The translations under genes were made by a program, and so were the position numbers. From Octopus sinensis (lineage: Eukaryota), in contig NC_043000.1 of the NCBI RefSeq assembly GCF_006345805.1, positions 53,940,001 through 54,004,000 on the forward strand: a stretch of 64,000 bases of DNA, written 5' to 3'. Positions 14,435 to 27,521 of the stretch are shown here, piece by piece. How positions within the stretch are numbered: the first letter of the stretch is position 1; each line of letters opens with the position of its first letter. Under the pieces are notes generated by a model. It was not told the origin of the DNA and searched no databases. It was given only the letters and a program-made list of their open reading frames with translations.

Positions 14435-15043
14435 TGGAAATGGGACCAATATATATATATATATATATAAATAACAGACTTACTTAGAAATGGATGGATG
14501 CGTGCGTTCTGTCCTGTAATAACAAATTAATAAATAAAACATATGCATATATACATACATATATACATATGTGTACGTACCTACATCTACATGTATATAT
14601 ACATGTAGATGTAGGTACGTACATATATGTATATATGCATATTTTATTTATTAGTTTGTTATTATATATATATATATATATACATATATGCGTGTATGTG
14701 TGTGTGTGTGCGTGTGTGTGTGAATTTTTTATCTATGTCGTGTTCCAGAATATTTTCGTTTAAAGAAAATGCTAAGAATCATTCTAGTATAGACGGACGA
14801 GTAACTTCGAAATAGAATGCAATAAACACTATAATACTGCAATGATTATGAATACGTATTCGGACGTGGGAAAGAAGCGTATTATAAAGCATCATAAAAA
14901 TTATAAAATAGTACTTTAAAATAAACATATGAATAACATATCGATTTTCTAGAATTGTAGATGCGTCTGTTAGAATGTTCCCTGGAAGAATTCAAGCATC
15001 TACGCTTATGAGCTATACGTTTTAAGGTTGAGAAATATATATA

Positions 15044-16336
15044 CGAGGGGCGTTCAATAAGTAATGCCCCTGACCCACTTCCCATAGCAGTAGAGCAACG
15101 AAACTTGGCACATTTATTAGTCTTGTTCTACATAGGAACCACCCAGATTTACGCATTTCTCCCATTGTTTGATGCAGCTCTGAAGACCGTTTTTGTAGAA
15201 GACCCCAGCTTGGTCCACCAACCACGACGTGACTTCAGAAATCAAGGCTGCATCATCTGGGAAACACTTTCCTTTCAAAAACAACTTTATGGCTGGGAAG
15301 AGGTGGACATCAGAGGGTGCAAGGTCAGGAGAGTAGGGGGGATGGGGGAGGAGTTCATAGCCGCACGCTTGTGCTTCTGATCTGGCGACACGCGAGTTGT
15401 GGACCGGAGTGTTGTCCAGCAAAAGGCGGATGCCTTTGCTGATCTTGCCCCGCCTCTTGATTTTGATAGCTTCTCTTAATTTCCTCAAAAGTGAAGCATA
15501 ATAGGCTCCTGTAATTGTGGCACCCTTTGCCAGGAAATCTGTCTTCACTACTCCGCCCTGGTCCCAGAAGACTGTAAGCATGACCTTGCCAGCGGAGGGC
15601 TGCACCCTTGCCTTCTTTGGAGGAGGTGAGTCACGGTGCTTCCACTGCATTGACTCGGCTTTGGTCTCTAGATCATAGTGATGGACCCAGGTTTTATCCT
15701 ATGCCATCAGTCTTTTGAAAAATTTTGACTCATCTTCTTGGCACAGTTCCAAATTCATCCTCGAGCACTTGACGCGTTCTTGCTTTTGGAATGGCGTGAG
15801 CAACCTGGGAATCCATCTGGCAGACACCTTTTGCATATGCAAATGGTCATGAATGATAGTTTTCACAGACTCGGTACTAATCTTGATCTCATGGGCTATT
15901 TGGCGAATAGTTATGCGTCGATCTTCCAAAATGGCAGCCTCAACTTGACGAGCAGATGCCTCATCAATGGCAGAAGCGGGGCGACCAGATCTGAGTGCTG
16001 TTTCCGCAGAGTTCCGACCATGTTTGAATTCACGATGCCAGCGTTTTACAAGGTCATATGATGGGGCATCATCACCATAAGTTACTTTCATTTCATCCAA
16101 AGTCTCCCGTGGTGTGCCTCCTTTCAAATACAAAAACCGGATCACTGCTCGACATTCAACAGGCTCCATTTCACACTTGACTCAGTTCAAACACCTGTAA
16201 ATCAGAAACCACAATTAGTTCAGAGCTGTAGTTTCCCACTTAATCTATAGAGATATAAATGATTGCACATGCAAATTCTCAGCTAGATCAAACAACTGCA
16301 AGTGGGTCAGAGGCATTACTTATTGAACGTCCCTCG
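15044..16336 (-). mobile_element. Complete mariner transposon (irritans-subfamily-like), 1293 bp
   Basis: 37-bp TIRs (15044-15080, 16300-16336; 2 mismatches), TA on both sides (15042-43, 16337-38), D34D transposase inside. Confidence 0.97.
15117..16169 (-). pseudogene. Mariner D,D34D transposase, ~350 codons, one in-frame TAG
   Basis: ORFs 15699-16169 and 15117-15650 share a frame and are separated only by TAG at 15699-15701. Motifs WIPRLL, DKTWVHHY, LLLDNTPVH, YSPDLAPSD, with 34 residues between the 2nd and 3rd Asp. Confidence 0.95.
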
Positions 16337-19165
16337 TATATCAGTTAACGTGTATAAACGTTTGACTATGCAATAATATTTCATGGTCTTTCCCGTAATT
16401 ATATTAATTTTCCGACAAAACATAGCTCTGATATTTTCTGCTTACGCAATTTTGTAACAAAGTGTATCATATACACTGCAAAAAGTATTAGATTTTTGTT
16501 CTGTAAAGAGATATTTGAGGGAGCGTGAAAAGTTTAAGAAATGTCTGAAAAATTATCTTTTGGTGAAAAGTGTCATTGGTAGTATCCTCGCTTCATGTAG
16601 CATACGGGATGATTTTTATTTTTAATCTGAATGGATAATGTCGCTTCCACAGTTACCAACTTTTGGGCATATATATCCGCTTTCTACGCTCAAAGAATTA
16701 ATATAGTGAACCAATTATGCATTTTAATGAATTAATAATCCAATTTGAAAGGAGGAATGCAGTAGGAGATATTTTTGATCCTTGATAATTACCGCAAGCG
16801 CTTCGGACTCAGTTCGGGTAGAAGAGAATGCATGGAGCGTAGAACCAGATTCATACTCATCAGAAGTTAGAATGAGTGAGAATATTCACCAATAAACCAA
16901 TTTAAAATAAACGACTCTTAGAAGTCTTCTTGGGATACCTTCGGGGTAACGAATATATAGCTTTAAGTGTACGCTATCACGTTTAATGCACTGCACAAAG
17001 AGTAATTTTTAATAAACTGAAATTTCATCTGCATTAGGTAGAGAAGCCAATAACGCCACCAGCAACACTTTTTAATATAAGCAAATTAGATCACGTACAA
17101 TTTTGAATTCATTCAAAAGCCATTAAAAGTATGCAGTGGGGACTGAGTCGGAACGTTTTTAAATACATTTTTGGGGATCAGGTTCGTCTCCCTAAATCAA
17201 GTAAATATTCTTAATTTAGAATGAAATTCAGAAAAAATTCCACATTCATAATTTAATACGTTAATCATTGACAAGCTTTGATTTATAGGTTTAACCTCGA
17301 AGTCTTTCTACCTATTAATCCATAAACATATTTTCTGTCATGTTTATTTGTAAAACCATTTTATTCAGGACTTCATAATTTGAAATGGCTTTGCTTATGC
17401 GTAGATTTGGTTGGTATTGCTTGCAATATGAAAGACGACGTATGACCACTCCTATTGGCTTGATAATTGTATGTTTATATGTTAAGTATAATGAATGGAA
17501 TTCTTGTACAGGAAGGCATTCATTTATCATGTAATTGAAAGCAGTGCAGTGTTTGATAGACATGATGATGATAAATACCAGAATATAATGTTTACAGAAT
17601 GTAGTTTACAGACAAACTTCAGTTCTTAACTTGAGGCATTTCATTTACCTTTCTTTAACTCCACAGGAAGGCTGTAATTTACAATCACTTCTACATGTTT
17701 ACATGAGATATAATAATTATATCATCATCGTTTTTAAACTGAATCATGTCTCTTATCGCAATATTTTGCTGGCAATTACAGAGAAGGGTGTCGACAACTT
17801 CGATAATGATGAATTTTTGTTGTATGATGTTGGTCGCGGTGATCATCCTTTCTGTGATGATGATGGTGATAACGATGATGATAATGAGGATACCCCGACT
17901 ACTACTACGACGAGAAATGTGACAAAGTTTATGATAGCAATAATGAATACTATCACTGTTGTTTAAACTAAAATGTTATGTTTATGAAAGGAAGCTTAAT
18001 AAATTCTCAATGTATACTTTGGTAAAATTAAATTTTTCTACAGTTCAATATTACATACATATTTTAACCAAATCTTGATTTAATGCATGAGAATTTATCA
18101 TTATTGTTTTTCAGAAAATACTTTGATAATCGTAGCTAGTGAAATTATATGAGTGTTGGGCTAAAACGTAGAGGATTAGCAGTTCAGATTATTTTTATCA
18201 ATGATTCGTTGTGTTCATGAGTATGAAATGTTAACTCAAACAGCACTGAATATTTAGCGCAATTCAATAATCTAGGCTGCGTTAGGAGTATTTAATTGGT
18301 GAACCTTGCAGTTTTTGTGTTCATTTCAACCAATCCTTTATGTTTATACTTTTACGCTTCAAATAATGATTACAAGGATTCTATTTTTGCTTCCATCTTA
18401 AAAATCGGTTATATTTAAAAGAGTTTTTATGTTTTATGCACGGGATGGATTATTTGACGAACTAATTTACATGTACATGTAATTGCTGTTGCTAACTGTT
18501 GGAACATTAAGCAGGAGTGAAACTTGTTTTATTATATCAAGAAAAACGATGAGCAAGCATATTAATATGCGTAATAGTGCAATGTTAAATTTTGTCTTAA
18601 GGACTCAAATACATATATAGTTAAGTGCAGGCTAGGAGCAATTGGGTTATATACAATATGTGGAGAACTAACTGTAGATTGTCAGCCAACAATTAAGAAT
18701 TGGTTGCTATTTCTCCTTTAGTTATGTCTTTTTTTTCATGAGGAAGGATACATGAGGCCGCTTTTACAGGAAATATGAAATAATCATAGCTGGAAAATAG
18801 GATCATAGGTGTTTCTGTAAAAAGTTAAACAATAACAATACAACAAACAATAACAATACAACCAAGAGCAGAAACATAAGAACAGAGTTATATGCATGCA
18901 GTAGAAATATGTACTCGGCCCTGAAGATTATTTAAAGGTGTGAGTAGCTACAGGTGAAGACTATGAAAGACAATACAGATACATCTCACTGGAAAAGACA
19001 GTGTTCTGCCACAAGCAAAAATCACTTAAAATACTATTAAACCTGTGAACCATCTATGTTACTTCTGTTAATATTGTCAAATTAAAAATATTCATTACAT
19101 ATGATATTAACTATAGTAACATCTTACTTTCGAATATAAACATTCGAATATTTTGCCTATATATA

Positions 19166-21720
19166 TGGGTCCGCAGGGATACCCCCCAACGCGTTCGATG
19201 TGCTAATGGGAAGTACAGATAGCGCCCAGATAGCCGATTTTGTCGGAATCTATATTCTCTATGAATTGGCCGACCAATTCCCGGTTATCTGCGGTGGTCT
19301 GTATCGAGACGATTGTCTACTTTACCTACAGAATGCTCCGAACAATATGATACAGAAGACTAAACACAGATTAGCTAGATTTTTTTAGCAGAATGGGCTT
19401 GAGCATAGTTTTCGACGACGAATTAACTAAAGCCAACTTCTTAGATGTTACCCTAAATCTGCAGAATAATTCTTACTTCCCTTATCATAAGCGTTCTTCT
19501 AATCTTAAATATATCAGCATTTTCAGTAACCATGCCAAAACTATCACCGATAATTTAGTTAAAAATATTTCCTTAAGACTATCGAATTTATCTGCTAATG
19601 TCGACATCTTTAACCAAAAAGCGGAATTTTATAACGCCGCCTTGTCAAAAACCAGTTATAGAGATAAAGTATCATATATCGACCCGGCCCATTCTAAACC
19701 AATATATGCTTCTCAGGATAAGAAAACTAATAACAATAGAAATAATGTGAATAATGATTTCAGCTCTAACAACGTCGACACCACTATACTTAACAAAACA
19801 ATTTACGGACCAGGGGAAGCAATCGGCAACCAACACCAATTCTCCAGCACAGAAATACTCCCTTTAATGTAAATGGTAACACTCTGAACAATTCTAAGTC
19901 CACAAAAAACTATATCTGGTTTGTCATACCTTTCGGGAAACAAATCAGGTCTAACCTCCCTTTACAGTTCCGTGAAGCCGTAGCTAGGAACTTTCCCAGG
20001 AATTCTAGGTATTACTCTACTATCAATTCGCATAAGGTAAGGATTGCATTCTCCAACACTAGAAATCTATCGCATATCATTGCCTCCCATAATAACAAGC
20101 TGCTAAATAAGGATTCATCACCCGGGAGTTACGACACTGCCCTTACCAATTCCAACCAAACATACAATAATAATAATAATAATAAAAATAGCATTGATAA
20201 TAGCAACATTCATAGCAGCGTTGGCATTAACAATAGTAATATTAATAATAATATTAGTCGGATTATTAACAGTGGTAGTGTTAGTGGTAATAACGACAGA
20301 ATTTCTAATAACAGTGGTAGTATTGAAGATAACAACCCCAGCATTTCTATAGTCAGGGAAATTGCCGACGATAGTACAATTAATAGTAATGATAATAATA
20401 GGAATAGTATTGTGGTCAATGCTAGCAATAATATTAACAGCAATCATATCAATAAAAACTCCGTCTCAGTCTCGGAGGTAAACCCTAAACGGATTAAAGT
20501 TCTTATTCAGCAATTCCAAAATTAGAAATTCCATTTACCAGTGTAAAATTTCTTCCGGTACCGATGTCTTCTTCTACATTGGCGCAACTACTTCAAAATT
20601 ATCCCAGAGGATCTCCAATCATTATTCAACTTTCCGAGATAAGAAAAACAACAAAGCACAGGACTAAGTAAATTAGTTTGGCCTCTTAAGGACAGCAATA
20701 CAACTTTCAAGCTGGAATGGTCCATATTGTCTGTATCCTTTCCGTTTGATAAGGGCACAAAATTTTGTGGCGTCTGTAATTCCGAACTTTTCCATATATT
20801 GTTCGCCAAATTCCCTTTAATAAATACAATGATTGAAAAATCCTATAGGTGCATGCACTGGCAGAAACACACCTTTCACTCATATGAATGATGATTAATA
20901 TAGATAACCTCCTTGAATTTTAATAATTTCGTTCCAATTGTACATCACCGCCATAGACAAATTTTTATACGCATAAAGGACTACTAAATTCGTTGAGATA
21001 TGTTTTACCTTTGTCTCTCTACCTCAACCTCCTCACTCTCTCTTTCCCTCTCTCTATCGTAAGCACATTCAAACACACAGACACAAACCTGTCACTTCAC
21101 CACTGTTTGTTTTTGGCATCTACCCAACCACACACACAATCACGCACACACATACACACGAATGCAGTTATATACATACACACACATAGACACTCAATCA
21201 CAAAAGAAAACAACAACAAATCACCATTCATATGACTTGCACCCTGTCACCTTCCTATTCTTAGACCTCTCTCCTCCAACCTAGTTTGAACCCTTGAACT
21301 CTCTAGAATCTTCTACATTCAACCATTTTTTACGTCACTTCTTATAACGGAATATTTTAAAGAAACACTCATTATCGCTATGGGTCCCGTGTGGGCAGTC
21401 ATCTAAGAGCTTTTGTTCATCTTGATGCTGACATAAGTTCCTTGTTTTTCCTGATGAGAAGGCGGCATAACGCACCCCTTATTCCTTCGAAATTAGGAAT
21501 ATGCAGCCTTCGAAACATATGTCGAGAATAAAGGAATTTTGTTAAATCGTCGTTCGACTCCATTCTTTCATTTATTTGTATTAAAAAAACACACAAATTT
21601 CCACACGAACGCACGTGATCTCTGCCCTTGGCATGTAGCTTCAACCGTGTTTTTCTGACGTGAATTTGCTACCCAATTATCGGTTAACCGAATTATCCAT
21701 ACTAAGATAATTCATTCAAC
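19166..21720 (+). mobile_element. 5'-truncated Penelope-like element: RT C-half, thumb, Asn/Ser linker, GIY-YIG endonuclease and 3' region with hammerhead
   Basis: FDVLMGSTDSAQ, GLYRDD, NFLDVTLNL, SNH, YIWF, SIYQCKI...FYIGAT (GIY-YIG, 20530-20590), LSKLVW, CGVC. Both ends abut (TA)n. The MG(S)xD/YRDD type recalls the 'Hydra'-like PLE group (tentative, from memory). Confidence 0.85.
21435..21539 (+). ncRNA. Type I hammerhead ribozyme
   Basis: Core CUGAUGA 21451-57; stem II GAAGGC/GCCUUC (21458-63/21506-11); GAAA 21512-15; minimal stem III AC-AUAU-GU with GUC cleavage triplet (21521-23); stem I 21435-50 pairs with 21524-39 at 14/16 positions including G-U. Confidence 0.85.
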
Positions 21721-21722
21721 TA

Positions 21723-21766
<44 letters not shown>

Positions 21767-21942
21767 AACACATATATTTAAATATGTATGTGTATATATA
21801 TCTCCCCCGTGTCTTCCTTCTGTGTGTTTCCCTCTCATGCCTTCCCTCTCCGTCCTATCTCTGTGATTTCATTTTCCTTCACTCTTATCCCCTTCCCTCT
21901 TCTTTTCTTCTACCCTTATTTCTCTTGTACATTTTCGCTCTC

Positions 21943-22009
<67 letters not shown>
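21943..22009. repeat. (TCTA)n microsatellite
   Basis: Directly visible. Confidence 0.95.
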
Positions 22010-22835
22010 GTCTCCCTCTCTGCCTCTCTCTCACTTCCCCTCCCTTTCATTCTTTAGTCCCTGATTTCTTTTCCCTCTCTCTTATTCCTTTGTCCCACTT
22101 TCCTACCCTCCCTCTGATTTTTAATCCCCATGCCCTCTACAACTCTTTCCCTTTCCTACCATGTGATCCTTTTCCGGCCAATGCATTGTCGTCGTTTTTA
22201 GACCAGCCGTCATCCATACCGGTTACGTTCGTCTGTCCTCCCGCTCGGTCTGTTAAGATTTTCCATTTCTCCTGAGCACCAGCCCAGTACGTTCGTCTGA
22301 TAGTCGAAAGACCCTTTCTGTTATTTATTTATGTTGTATTTGTACAATTAATTTCATCTTGTTGTATAGAAAAAAGGTGTTTGCCTGTCGCACGTATACT
22401 ATTATTTCATTACGTTACATCCGTCTAGTAACAGAAAGACCCTTTTTAAACCTAATAGTTGAAAGACCCTTTCTGAGAAGCGGCCGACTTCTGCTGATGA
22501 GCAACTATCTGCTCATTCTCTGTTTATATATTGTGAATAGGGACGATTAACTGCCATCTTTAGCAGATAGGTATCCAGAACCAATGACGGTAAAGACCCG
22601 AATACCATTGTCTACTGGTGTTGCCAAGCTGAAGGAGAATAATTCGCTCCCTGAATTATTAGACACAAGTAGTGTATCATTAACCAACTGGAAAAAGTTT
22701 TCCTGGGGTTAAAATGTAGTAACATAATTCTGTATTGAATACCCATGTTATAGTGGCAAATAATGTTACCGTCCAGTATTGTTACTGCTTGTGTTTCGTT
22801 TAGAGATTTTAGAAAAAGCTACTTTGCCCATTATA

Positions 22836-24138
22836 TGATGGGTCATCCATAAATAATGCGGTTATCTTATACTTCTTTAAGTTTTCAAAATTAAGATAAA
22901 CAAAGTTATTTTTAGCCTAAAATATACTCTCTTTCTTTGTCTACAATGCTTTTCAATCTATCTGGTAGACTTAGAAGTCCCCTCTTCCAACATTCACTTG
23001 TCCGTGACGAAAAATCGTCCTTCACTACTCTTCTAGCCTCATGTACAGAATTCTTATTTTTTCCGTCCAAATAATTTTGAAGAGCAGAATAAATGATAAT
23101 CAGATGGGTCAATGTTCGACGAATATAGTGAGTGGGGGTTCGTTTCCCATTCAAATCGTTCCAGCCTTTGGAATGTCATACTCGCTGTATGTGGCAGAGC
23201 ATTATCCTGATGGAAGAACACCTTTGGTGTTGAAACCAATGAAGGTAATTTTCCTTCTGCCGCTGACTTAAGCCGCTCAAGATGTTCGCAGTAGATCTCC
23301 TTTGTTATCGTTTGGTTTGTGTTTAAAAGTTCAAAGTGGACTAAACATTGCATATCCCACCAAAGAGATTAAGAATACCTTACGTGGGTGAAGAACTTCT
23401 TTAGGCCAGGAACTGGTGTTTCTCCCTTCCCTATCCACTGTCTTCGGCGCTTGACATTTTTATAGAGAACCTATTTTTTGTCACCAGTCACTATTCGGTC
23501 GCACAAGATGTTCATTCGTGAGAAGTGACAGCAAGGAAGAGCGCGCAATGAGACTAGGAAAGATTGTGAGGAACACATTATGCCAATTTGCTGACTTTTC
23601 CGATTGCATGCAGGTATCGATGTATGTGTATATATATCTCCCTTGTTAAATTAACAAATCCAAGCTTCTCTGCTAGTTCCTCAACATTTACCATTAGATT
23701 CTCTTCCACCAGGGTTTGCAGGACGTCCTCGTCGAGCTCTACATATTTTCTAGCTCAAGGCTTGTATTCTAGGCTGTAGTTTTCGGCTCGGAATTTCTGG
23801 AACTGCCGTTGACACTGGCTTACGCCTATTGTCCGATCCCAATAAACTGCATTAATAATCCTCGCACATTCCGTTGCGTTGTTGCCGTTTTTGAACTCAT
23901 AAAGCAAAAGATGCCGTAATTGCTCCTTTGTCACTTCCATTATATGAACAACTCTTAAAATCGAACTCCACTCTTCAAAACTTTCTCGAAGAATACGGAC
24001 ATGGTAAAATTATTATCTGCTTACATAGTTGATGCAGGTTGATCAACTATGCAGTTGATGCAGGTAGTTTTTCCCGTCCCCTCCCACTTTTAGTTCAGGT
24101 AATTGAAAGAACAACATTATTTATGGAATGACCCAAAA
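22836..24138 (-). mobile_element. Full-length but decayed mariner transposon, ~1.3 kb
   Basis: Imperfect TIRs (tgatgggtcatccataaataatg / ttttgggtcattccataaataatg) with TA at 22834-35 and 24139-40. Transposase pieces MEVTKEQLRHLLLYEFKNG (23940), FFHQDNALPH, HSLYSSNIDPSDYHLF; several stops and frameshifts. Confidence 0.9.
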
Positions 24139-24260
24139 TATGTGACTGTGTGTGCGTGTCTGTGTTTGTGTATGTGTGTGCGTGTTTGTGTGTGCCTGTG
24201 TGTATGTGTGTGTATGTTTATATGCATGTATGTACATATATATACATATATATATATACC

Positions 24261-24293
<33 letters not shown>

Positions 24294-24374
24294 TATATAT
24301 GGGAAAGAGGGAGAAAGAGATTATGGGAGAGAGAGATGGATGAGCAAAATATCTTCTATTAAAATAACGAAGGG

Positions 24375-24585
24375 TTGTTGAAGGTTCATATTTTAAAGAG
24401 TATCACAAAACCACTGGTTGAAGGCCCACACCTCCGAGTTATTTTACAGGGCTTGGGGAAACTAAATGACCGCTGCAATAAGTGTGTGAATTTAAGAGGG
24501 GGAAAGGCTGAAAAAAGTCATAATGAACTGATTCTTCTTTATTTTTGTTTACCCAAATCCAAGAACTTTTTAGCATGCCGGTGTA
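24375..24585 (+). mobile_element. Mariner 3'-end fragment
   Basis: QGLGKLNDRCNKCVNLRGGKAEK matches the GIxKLxxRWxKCxxxxGxYxEK C-terminus of mariner transposases; TIR-like aagaactttttagcatgcc follows. Confidence 0.5.
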
Positions 24586-25913
24586 TATCATCTATATGTA
24601 TCAATTAATCTATGTACATTTATAAGATTCTCTATCAATCTGTACACACATATATTCCAACATATATATTCATACATATGTATATGTCAGAGTGATTGTA
24701 TGAACCATCTAGCGTATAATATTTCACATTTCTAGAGTTCATGTTCTATGTTTATTCCACAAATCGCATTTAAGCTGCAGATCACTGTGGGAGTTATGCA
24801 TTACACAAAATAGCAAACACAAATAACTGACAAATGATATGATTCAATGGATTAAAAATAGAAGAAAAAGGAATGTATAAAAACATAAACGCATAAACGA
24901 ACAAACTAAGATGGAAAAGCTTATAATGGATTAGATGTAGACGCTTCCTAGGTATCTTCAAAAAGAGAATATATGCCTAAAACTTTTGTGGTGATGAACG
25001 GGAGCAACTTTCGTTTTATACTTTTCCTCATGATGAATTTTACTAAAGAATTGCAAAGAGTGATGTTTATTGATATCAACTTCTGTTATGATTTATTTTG
25101 TGACAGTTATTTTTGTTTGTCATGTGTTCAAATGTGTGCGCTAACTGCCTCTTAATGAAGTGTTTATTGCATTTGATTTTCGAGACGTTTGTTTCCTTTC
25201 TCTGTGTGATATGTTTTATGATGTGAATCATTAATTTGATTCGTTTACTGAAAGGAATTTTGATTTCTGACATTTAACTTAGAAATGTCTCAAACTCGTG
25301 TCTTAAATTGACTATTTCCAAGGACTGAAATTATCATAACTCAGTTCTAGTCTGTAAAAGTTGATATTAGCTGTGAATAATCTATGAATATTATCCACCC
25401 ATTATCTTTAGTTTTCATATGGTTCCATTGTGTTGTTGAAATAGTTTTGTTCAGAGATACAAGCCCTTCCTACCACTACTCACGAATTATTCAATACTGT
25501 TGGAGTTGAACATTTCTACCCTGTTCTGGAACACAACCCAATACTTATGCTGCGAGAAGTGACGATATTTGAACGCATAGATTATTATTCGGAACCTCAG
25601 CTCTTAATTGCTGAATATTTCTACCTCTGAGTGGCTTGTGAACATTTATTATATAAACATTGTTTATGTTCTGCTCATTTAAACTTCCTATTTACATAAG
25701 TTTGATGAATGGACATTTCATTATCAGAAAACAATACCGTCAATGGTTTAGACAAATTCTCAGCCCTAATAACTATTTAATCCATCACTGAATGACGAAG
25801 AGAAAAGAGAACTTGGGTAGAATTTGAACTCAAAGCAGAATGTAGCCAAGTTTCGCTGCCTTTTACCGATTCTGTCATTTGAATGAATAAAGTAAGCATC
25901 TTAAAATATTGTG

Positions 25914-26085
<172 letters not shown>

Positions 26086-26938
26086 GCTTTTACCTGTGTT
26101 GAAGAATTTTTTCGGTGGCATGTAGTTTCATATACATTGTATTTTCAAAAGTATATCTTATAACACTGCAATTGGTACAATAGTGCCATGACACTGAAGC
26201 TCGCAATCAATATAACGAGCAAATTAACTCTGATCATGGATTCTTTCACGCAGAAGCTATTGGTCTCAAACCAGAGTAACCCCTACGTTTAGGTTACATA
26301 TTTAAAAGTTTTAGTTTCCTTCATAAGATACATGGTAACTTACAAAATGTAATGGATAACTGGAGATTATCACTTTCTTTTCTGTTAATAGAAGTAAATT
26401 AATCCTTAATTATGAAGTTTAGCTAAACTTGAATAGTAAAGGTAAGGTGATATAACTTAGTGCTCAGAGCACTTATCGGTATCTCTTTATCAACACACAT
26501 TAGCAACTTCGAATGTTTAGATACGGTGAAAAGTCAATGAACCAGACTGCATACACGCTGGAGGTTGTTGTTTAATTGTTTAGTCGTAGTATATTCCTGA
26601 TCATCCTATGAGAGTTTATCATTGACACAGTGAAAAGTGATGCATAGGCCGATTATATGAGCGATAGACTTTTCATGTCAAATATTCGTCACGGAAATTC
26701 ATAAAAATAACAGAAAGCAATATGGTTTCAGTGCTATTCAGATGGCCGTGGACCTAGATACATCTTTGCTGAAACGAAACCTTTACCCCAATACGTATAC
26801 TTCATGGCTAGAACTGAACGCTTTGGAGTTTTAAAAAAATCGTAATATGCAACATGAAAACCCATGCCTTCCTCCCTCTCGTCGTCGCAATTTTTGTTCT
26901 CGTATATTGTATGAATGATTAGTTTTCTCCATCATCAG

Positions 26939-27020
26939 CGCCATAAATATGGAGGAACCATTCAATCCAGATGACTTTCACCAACCAACGGTCACAAAGT
27001 TAATTGTTGATCGAAATAGC
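26939..27020 (+). other. Candidate isolated 82-bp exon (unverified)
   Basis: Acceptor ttttctccatcatcAG and donor AGC|GTGAGT; only one frame is open: AINMEEPFNPDDFHQPTVTKLIVDRNS. No partner exons identified. Confidence 0.2.
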
Positions 27021-27342
27021 GTGAGTCCTTTCACGTCGACAATACAACAACTATGATCTATTGATTTATCTTAGCACTTATATTAGGCCTCAAATTATTT
27101 GAGAAATACGCTTCGCATCCAAACATGCAGCAGCTGATACCAGAAGGGAAACATGATGATGTGTAATGTATGGTGTATTATGTTTTTACTATCCGGTTTG
27201 TTTTCGTAAACCAATATGCGTGCATTTGCCCGTGGAAGCGTTTAACAAGATGGACTTGAATATATGCTGGGTAATAGTTATTCTTAATTGATATTCATAC
27301 TGGCTAGTAATGTTGCAAATACTGTCATTTATACTGCTGCTA

Positions 27343-27521
<179 letters not shown>

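Noticed and set aside
14000-14449. 149-aa minus-strand ORF
   Set aside because: Mostly the translation of a CT-rich tract and (CT)n repeat.
15117-16169. SETMAR-like host gene
   Set aside because: No SET domain; bounded by TIRs and TA duplications, so it is a plain mariner.
17369-17439. Possible LRR exon GLHNLKWLCLCVDLVG
   Set aside because: Lacks the LRR Asn, donor is moderate, phases do not fit a repeated LRR exon, and no partner exons were found.
21784-22275. 163-aa L/S/F/P-rich ORF
   Set aside because: Explained by a pyrimidine-rich tract plus (TCTA)n; no motif.
22485-22530. CTGATGA as a hammerhead core
   Set aside because: No downstream GAAA or stem III; only a local ATGAGCA/TGCTCAT hairpin.
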